Sequence record: DRR723986_10554 | Strand: one strand, 5' to 3' | Length of the DNA stretch: 54,347 nucleotides | Shown here: piece by piece, positions 49,381 through 54,347 of the stretch | Numbering within the stretch: position 1 is the stretch's first letter | Layout of the letters: every line of letters starts with the position of its first letter | The notes under the pieces: model-generated | Database searches by the model: none | What the model was told of the DNA's origin: nothing | The model's input: the letters and a program-made list of their open reading frames with translations, nothing else | Position numbers and translations under genes: made by a program

Positions 49381-50223
49381 TCAAATCAGACCGAGGCCGG
49401 CAATAGGGTCTGCAAGGCTGCCGCCAGCGACTAGGCCAATCAGCACGGCGAAAATGGCTGCGGCCACCAGACCGTCGATCCGGTCCATGATGCCGCCATG
49501 CCCGGGGATCAGCTTGCTGGAATCCTTGACGTCGAACCGCCGCTTGATGGCAGACTCCAGAAGGTCCCCTGCCTGAGAGACGACCGAGAGCCCGGCCGCC
49601 AGCAAAGCCCAAAGCATCAGGTCCTGCGCATTTGCGACAAAAGCAACGCCAGCGCCGAAAACCGTGGCGAGCACCAGCCCGCCAATGGCACCAGACCAGG
49701 TCTTTTTAGGTGATACACGTGGCCAGAGCTTGGGCCCACCCAATGCACGGCCGGTAAAATAGGCGAAAATGTCGGTTGCCCAGACAACAAACAGCAGGAA
49801 AAACGCCACCAGAAGCCCGTTGCTTCCTTCACGAAGTACAAGCAGCGAGAACAGTGCAAGCCCGCTGTAGAGGATCCCTTCGATGGCCCATCGTCCAGCC
49901 TTGGAGAAACCACCAAGCGCATAGGCGATGAAAGCACCAGCAACCATGGCCCCGAGACCAAAGTCAGGATGTCCGGCTACGGTCAGTACCCCAATGGCAA
50001 ACAGCGTTGCAAATCCGGTGAGTGAACTGGGTGACTTTGCCTGTGTCCCGGTGATCGTGAACCACTCCCACAGGAACAGTCCGGACGCGATCAGTGTCAG
50101 CGCAGCAAAGGGCAGATTGCCCAGATAGGTGATCAGAAGAACAAGAGGCCCCAGAACGAGTGCCGAAATGAACCTGAGGCGAAGGTCGGACAGTTTTTTC
50201 GGGTTCTGGTGTGGTTCTGCCAT
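49381..50223 (-). CDS. cdsA: Phosphatidate cytidylyltransferase
   Basis: SPKKTW.G and GDL.ES..KR...VKDS..LIPGHGG.MDR.D. Confidence 0.97.
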   Translation of the reverse strand: MAEPHQNPKKLSDLRLRFISALVLGPLVLLITYLGNLPFAALTLIASGLFLWEWFTITGTQAKSPSSLTGFATLFAIGVLTVAGHPDFGLGAMVAGAFIAYALGGFSKAGRWAIEGILYSGLALFSLLVLREGSNGLLVAFFLLFVVWATDIFAYFTGRALGGPKLWPRVSPKKTWSGAIGGLVLATVFGAGVAFVANAQDLMLWALLAAGLSVVSQAGDLLESAIKRRFDVKDSSKLIPGHGGIMDRIDGLVAAAIFAVLIGLVAGGSLADPIAGLGLI

Positions 50224-50238
50224 TGCTCAAGCCGGAGG

Positions 50239-51006
50239 TCAGTTGGCCTTGGCGTCAAGGCCGCCGTACCGACGCTCACGGCTGCAGAAACAGCTCAAAG
50301 CCTTGTCGAAGGCCGCCTCATCGAAGTCCGGCCAGTAAAGATCGCAGAAATAGAACTCGGAATAGGCCGCCTGCCACAGCAGGAAATTGGAAAGACGCAT
50401 TTCTCCGCTGGTACGGATGATGAGATCGGGATCCGGCAAACCGGAGGTATCCAGCGCCGCCGTGATCGCGTCTTCGGTTATCTCGGCCGGCTGCATTTCT
50501 CCAGCCTGAACCTTTGCTGCCAGCTCCTGTGCCGCCCGCACGATTTCCGACCGTGCACCATAATTGAACGCAACGACCAGGTTCAGGCCGGTGTTGTGAC
50601 GGGTCAGGTCTTCAGCTTCTTTCAGAAGCGCCAAAATTCCGGGTTCCAGGTCACTGCGCCCGCCGATGATGCGAATACGCACATTGGCTTCGTGAAGCTC
50701 GCTCAGATCGCGCTGCACGAAACGGCGCAGCAGCCCCATCAGGAAAGAAACTTCAGCCTGTGGCCGGTTCCAGTTTTCGGAAGAGAAGCTGTAGATCGTG
50801 ATGGTTTCGATGCCGACACGGCCGGCATGGCGGATCACCTTGCGCAGCACGGCAAGCCCCTGTCGATGACCCTCTGTCCGTGGCAAACCGCGCGCAGTTG
50901 CCCATCGCCCGTTGCCATCCATGATGAAGGCAACGTGACGAGGCATTTTCGCACCGGTTTCATCCGCAGCAGGTGCATGCAGGTTGCGGTCCGGGCTGAC
51001 GCTCAT
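50239..51006 (-). CDS. uppS: Undecaprenyl diphosphate synthase
   Basis: HVAFIMDGNGRWA, FSSENW.RP and RTSGE.RLSNFLLWQ. Start at MSVSPD. Confidence 0.97.
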   Translation of the reverse strand: MSVSPDRNLHAPAADETGAKMPRHVAFIMDGNGRWATARGLPRTEGHRQGLAVLRKVIRHAGRVGIETITIYSFSSENWNRPQAEVSFLMGLLRRFVQRDLSELHEANVRIRIIGGRSDLEPGILALLKEAEDLTRHNTGLNLVVAFNYGARSEIVRAAQELAAKVQAGEMQPAEITEDAITAALDTSGLPDPDLIIRTSGEMRLSNFLLWQAAYSEFYFCDLYWPDFDEAAFDKALSCFCSRERRYGGLDAKAN

Positions 51007-51037
51007 GTGCTCCCCCAACTCACACTCCCTAGGTCGA

Positions 51038-51601
51038 TCAGACCTGGGAAATTTCCTGCTCTTTTTTCTCCAGCATGCCGTCGACCTCAGCAATCATCTG
51101 GTCGGTCAGCTTCTGCACTTCATCGGATGCGACACGGCTGTCGTCCTGGGAAATGTCACCGTCTTTTTCGGCCTTCTTGGCAGCGTCCATGCCATCGCGG
51201 CGGACGTGACGGATCGCAACTTTTGCCTGTTCGGCGTATTTGTGGGCCACCTTGATGAGTTCCTGGCGGCGTTCCTGGTTGAGCTCGGGAATCGGCAGCC
51301 GCAAAAGCATGCCGTCTACAACCGGGTTCAAACCAAGGTTGGATTCTCGAATCGCCTTTTCAACGGCCGACACCATGCTCTTGTCCCAGACCTGAACAGC
51401 CAGCATGCGAGGTTCGGGAACGGAGACGGTGGCTACCTGGTTGATCGGCATGGACTGGCCATAGGCATCAACAGTAATCGGATCCATCATGGAAGAAGAG
51501 GCGCGGCCGGTACGCAGTCCGGCAAATTCCGTTTTCAGAACCGACAAGGCTCCCTGCATGCGGCGCTTCAGATCATCAAGGTCCACACCTTCTACCGACA
51601 T
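51038..51601 (-). CDS. frr: Ribosome recycling factor
   Basis: LRTGRA, LGLNP, P.LN.ERR and IR.VRRD. Confidence 0.98.
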   Translation of the reverse strand: MSVEGVDLDDLKRRMQGALSVLKTEFAGLRTGRASSSMMDPITVDAYGQSMPINQVATVSVPEPRMLAVQVWDKSMVSAVEKAIRESNLGLNPVVDGMLLRLPIPELNQERRQELIKVAHKYAEQAKVAIRHVRRDGMDAAKKAEKDGDISQDDSRVASDEVQKLTDQMIAEVDGMLEKKEQEISQV

Positions 51602-51712
51602 TTTATCCTCACTGTTGTTTTATGCTTGGCTTAATAGAGTCTCGGCGCGCGCCAACATGGCATAAACGCACCGAAACACAAGAGCTTGAACCGGGATTGG
51701 TTCTTAAAACTT

Positions 51713-52432
51713 TCAGTCACCCACGACAGTGTAGGTGCCGGTTTCCTGAAGCACACTGACGAGGGCGCCGGGTGAGTGAATGGAAAACACAATGACGGGA
51801 ATGGAATTGTCACGGGCCAGGGCAATGGCCGTCGTGTCCATGACTTTCAGGTTGCGGGTTATGATTTCGTCATAACCAAGGGTGTCATAGCGCTCCGCGT
51901 TCGGGTTGACCTTGGGATCCTCGGAGTAGACGCCATCCACCTGTGTCCCCTTCAGGAAGGCGTCGCACTTCATTTCAGCAGCCCGCAGAGCCGCACCGCT
52001 GTCCGTGGTGAAGAACGGGTTGCCGGTGCCCCCTGCAAAGACGATCACATCGCCATCTTCCATGTAGCGGTCAGCGACACGCTGCGAAAAGGTTTCACAG
52101 ATCGAGGGAACGGATACGGCAGACAGAACACGGGCATTGACCTTCAGGCGGCGCAGGGCATCCGCCAGCGTCAGGCTGTTCATGATGGTGGCCAGCATGC
52201 CCATGTGGTCGCCGGTGACGCGGTTGCCACCCTTGGCGGCGACTGCAACACCGCGGAAGATGTTCCCTCCCCCGACGACAACGCCGACCTGAGCTCCAAG
52301 AGCCACTGCGTCGGCGATTTCCTTGGCGATCCTTTGTACGATGGCCGGGTCAATTCCAAAAGCCTGCGATCCCATCAGGGCCTCGCCGGAGAGTTTCAGA
52401 AGGATCCGTTTCCAGCGCAAGGAATTCGTCAT
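51713..52432 (-). CDS. pyrH: UMP kinase
   Basis: LLKLSGEAL, GGGNIFRG, D.MGMLAT and GNPFFTTD. Confidence 0.99.
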   Translation of the reverse strand: MTNSLRWKRILLKLSGEALMGSQAFGIDPAIVQRIAKEIADAVALGAQVGVVVGGGNIFRGVAVAAKGGNRVTGDHMGMLATIMNSLTLADALRRLKVNARVLSAVSVPSICETFSQRVADRYMEDGDVIVFAGGTGNPFFTTDSGAALRAAEMKCDAFLKGTQVDGVYSEDPKVNPNAERYDTLGYDEIITRNLKVMDTTAIALARDNSIPVIVFSIHSPGALVSVLQETGTYTVVGD

Positions 52433-52461
52433 GGGTGCACCCTTTTTGAAATTGTCTTTCT

Positions 52462-52493
52462 AAAAAAAAAGCGCCGGACTTGCCGGCGCTTTT
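52462..52493 (-). terminator. Intrinsic terminator after tsf
   Basis: AAAAGCGCCGG-ACTTG-CCGGCGCTTTT with a 9-U tract on the minus strand. Confidence 0.9.
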
Positions 52494-52501
52494 CCTTGAG
52501 C

Positions 52502-53419
52502 TTACTGCCCGGTGGCTGCTGCCACCTCTGCGGCGAAGTCTTGCTCTTCCTTCTCGATCCCTTCGCCGATTGCGAAGCGGACAAAGCCGGTCAGTTTGAC
52601 TTCAGCGCCGATTTCTTTAGCGAGCGCCTCGACGGCCTGCTCAACCGTCTGATCCGGGTTGATCACGAAGGCCTGCTTCACGAGGGTAACTTCCTCGTAG
52701 AATTTGCGCAAACGGCCTTCCACCATTTTTTCAATGATGTTTTCCGGCTTGCCGGATTCGCGTGCCTGTTCGGAGAAGACAGACTTCTCACGTTCGACAA
52801 CGGTCGGATCCAGTTCTTCGGTGTTCAGCGACAGCGGGCTTGTTGCAGCAACGTGCATGGCAATCTGACGGCCAAGGCCATTCAGCTTGTCCTTGTCACC
52901 AGTGGACTCCAGGGCCACCAGAACGCCGATCTTGCCGAGACCGTCGGAAACAGCACTGTGAACGTAGGTCGCGACAACGCCTTCGTTTACGGCCAGAACC
53001 GCAGTGCGGCGCAGGGTCATGTTTTCGCCGATCGTGGCGATCGCATCGGTGATCGCTTCTGCAACCGGCTTGCCGCCAAGGTTTGCAGCGGAAACGGCTT
53101 CAACGGAACCATCGGTGCCGACGGCTACCTTGGCCACATTGGAGACCAGCTCCTGGAACCCTTCGTTGCGTGCAACGAAGTCGGTTTCGGAGTTCAGCTC
53201 GATCACGGCAGCCTTGTTGCCATCGGCGGCAACGCCGACCAGACCTTCAGCAGCCACACGGCCTGCCTTCTTGGCAGCCTTGGCCAGACCTTTGGTGCGC
53301 AGCCAGTCAACAGCTGCTTCCATATCACCGCCTGCTTCAGTCAGGGCGGTCTTGCAGTCCATCATGCCAGCGCCGGATTTCTCGCGGAGCTCTTTTACCA
53401 TCGCAGCGGTAATGCTCAT
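52502..53419 (-). CDS. tsf: Elongation factor Ts
   Basis: [17 protein letters not shown] and [10 protein letters not shown]. Start at MSITAA. Confidence 0.99.
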   Translation of the reverse strand: MSITAAMVKELREKSGAGMMDCKTALTEAGGDMEAAVDWLRTKGLAKAAKKAGRVAAEGLVGVAADGNKAAVIELNSETDFVARNEGFQELVSNVAKVAVGTDGSVEAVSAANLGGKPVAEAITDAIATIGENMTLRRTAVLAVNEGVVATYVHSAVSDGLGKIGVLVALESTGDKDKLNGLGRQIAMHVAATSPLSLNTEELDPTVVEREKSVFSEQARESGKPENIIEKMVEGRLRKFYEEVTLVKQAFVINPDQTVEQAVEALAKEIGAEVKLTGFVRFAIGEGIEKEEQDFAAEVAAATGQ

Positions 53420-53563
53420 CGATTGCCTCGTGCATGGGGGTTTCAGATGAGACACGGTTTAGCCCATGGCCTTCCGCGCCTTTATGACGGGGCTGCAACA
53501 AAATGCAGCCCGCCTTGCGAATTTCAACAGTATTCTGCCACGGCAGACCGCGGCAGGAGAGGC

Positions 53564-54347
53564 TTAAGCCTCGGCAGCTGCTGCTTCAGCCGGAGCTTCT
53601 TCAGAAGCCTCAGCAAGAACTTCTTCAACCGGAGCTTCTTCGGAAGCGCCGATGTCCATGCCGGAAGCACCCTGTGCACGGGAAATACCGTCGATAGCGG
53701 CACGAGCGATCAGGTCGCAGTACAGCGACAGAGCGCGGCCGGCATCGTCGTTACCCGGCACCGGATAGGTGATGCCTTCCGGATTGGAGTTGGAATCGAG
53801 GATCGCGGCAACCGGAATACCCAGACGACGGGCTTCCTGGATGGCAATGGCTTCGCGGTTGGTGTCGATCACGAAGATCAGGTCCGGAATACCGCCCATG
53901 TCCTTGATACCGCCAAGGTTCCGCTCGAGCTTTTCACGCTCGCGGTCCATGAACAGACGCTCTTTCTTGGTCAGAGCGTTGGCAGCGTCGGAAGACAGGG
54001 TTTCTTCCAGCTTGCGCAGGCGCTGGATGGACTGGGAGATGGTCTTCCAGTTCGTCAGCATGCCGCCGAGCCAACGTGCGTTGACATAATACTGAGCGGA
54101 GTTGCGCGCTGCAGATGCAACAGATTCCTGTGCCTGGCGCTTGGTACCTACGATCAGAACGCGGCCACCACCGGCAACCGTGTCGGACACGGCCTTGAGT
54201 GCCTGGTGCAGAAGCGGAACGGTCTGGGACAGGTCCATGATGTGAACATCGTTGCGTACACCAAAGATGTACTGACCCATGCGCGGGTTCCAACGGTGTT
54301 TCTGGTGACCAAAGTGAACGCCAGCTTCCAGCAGCTGACGCATGGTG
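53564..54347 (-). CDS. rpsB: 30S ribosomal protein S2 (5' end probably beyond the window)
   Basis: [10 protein letters not shown]...WNP.M, RWLGG.LTN and PGNDD; the frame stays open to the window edge. Confidence 0.99.
   Translation of the reverse strand, partial: TMRQLLEAGVHFGHQKHRWNPRMGQYIFGVRNDVHIMDLSQTVPLLHQALKAVSDTVAGGGRVLIVGTKRQAQESVASAARNSAQYYVNARWLGGMLTNWKTISQSIQRLRKLEETLSSDAANALTKKERLFMDREREKLERNLGGIKDMGGIPDLIFVIDTNREAIAIQEARRLGIPVAAILDSNSNPEGITYPVPGNDDAGRALSLYCDLIARAAIDGISRAQGASGMDIGASEEAPVEEVLAEASEEAPAEAAAAEA

Noticed and set aside
53486..53514. Hairpin GGCTGCA/TGCAGCC between rpsB and tsf
   Set aside because: An intercistronic stem-loop is expected in rpsB-tsf operons; no further evidence of novelty.
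53570..53645. Short repeats (GAAGAAGCTCCG-like) at the rpsB 3' end
   Set aside because: They encode the ordinary Glu/Ala/Pro low-complexity tail of S2; not a CRISPR array or mobile repeat.
1..54347. CRISPR arrays, tRNA/rRNA genes, transposases, integrases, defence systems, known riboswitches
   Set aside because: No repeat-spacer periodicity or recognisable signatures were seen by eye; tRNAscan and Rfam scans would be needed to exclude small RNAs formally.

Overview
Alphaproteobacterial chromosome segment, Hyphomicrobiales/Rhizobiales-type by gene order and protein sequences; a Roseibium/Labrenzia-like host is plausible but unverified. (1) 1-20946: minus-strand flagellar cluster in Brucella/rhizobial order, flgB-flgC-fliE-flgG-flgA-flgI-motE-flgH-fliL-fliP-flagellin-fliF-(FliH-like)-motB-motC-fliK-SLT-flgE-flgK-flgL-flaF-flbT-flgD-fliQ-flhA(partial). 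No rem/ftcR regulator gene sits at its usual position. (2) 21140-29319: accessory block with a secreted glycine-zipper protein, a PilZ protein, a FadR regulator, an XylX-like FAH protein, fumC, an esterase, an acyl-CoA synthetase and a PPC/DUF296-like protein. (3) lexA with three SOS boxes, comEC, gltX and gltA. (4) An insert between gltA and lpxB: a large chemoreceptor, a small GRDP-like ORF and a divergent HisC/CobD-fold PLP protein. (5) The conserved rpsB-tsf-pyrH-frr-uppS-cdsA-dxr-rseP-bamA-lpxD-fabZ-lpxA-lpxI-lpxB block. The main signals worth follow-up are four: a 13-bp box in front of six flagellar genes plus one divergent non-flagellar operon; a highly structured flagellin leader that pairs with its own RBS; a structured spacer between flgI and motE; and the GRDP-like/PLP-enzyme cassette. 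No tRNA, rRNA, CRISPR array or transposase was recognised. All calls come from reading motifs and synteny; no database search was run.
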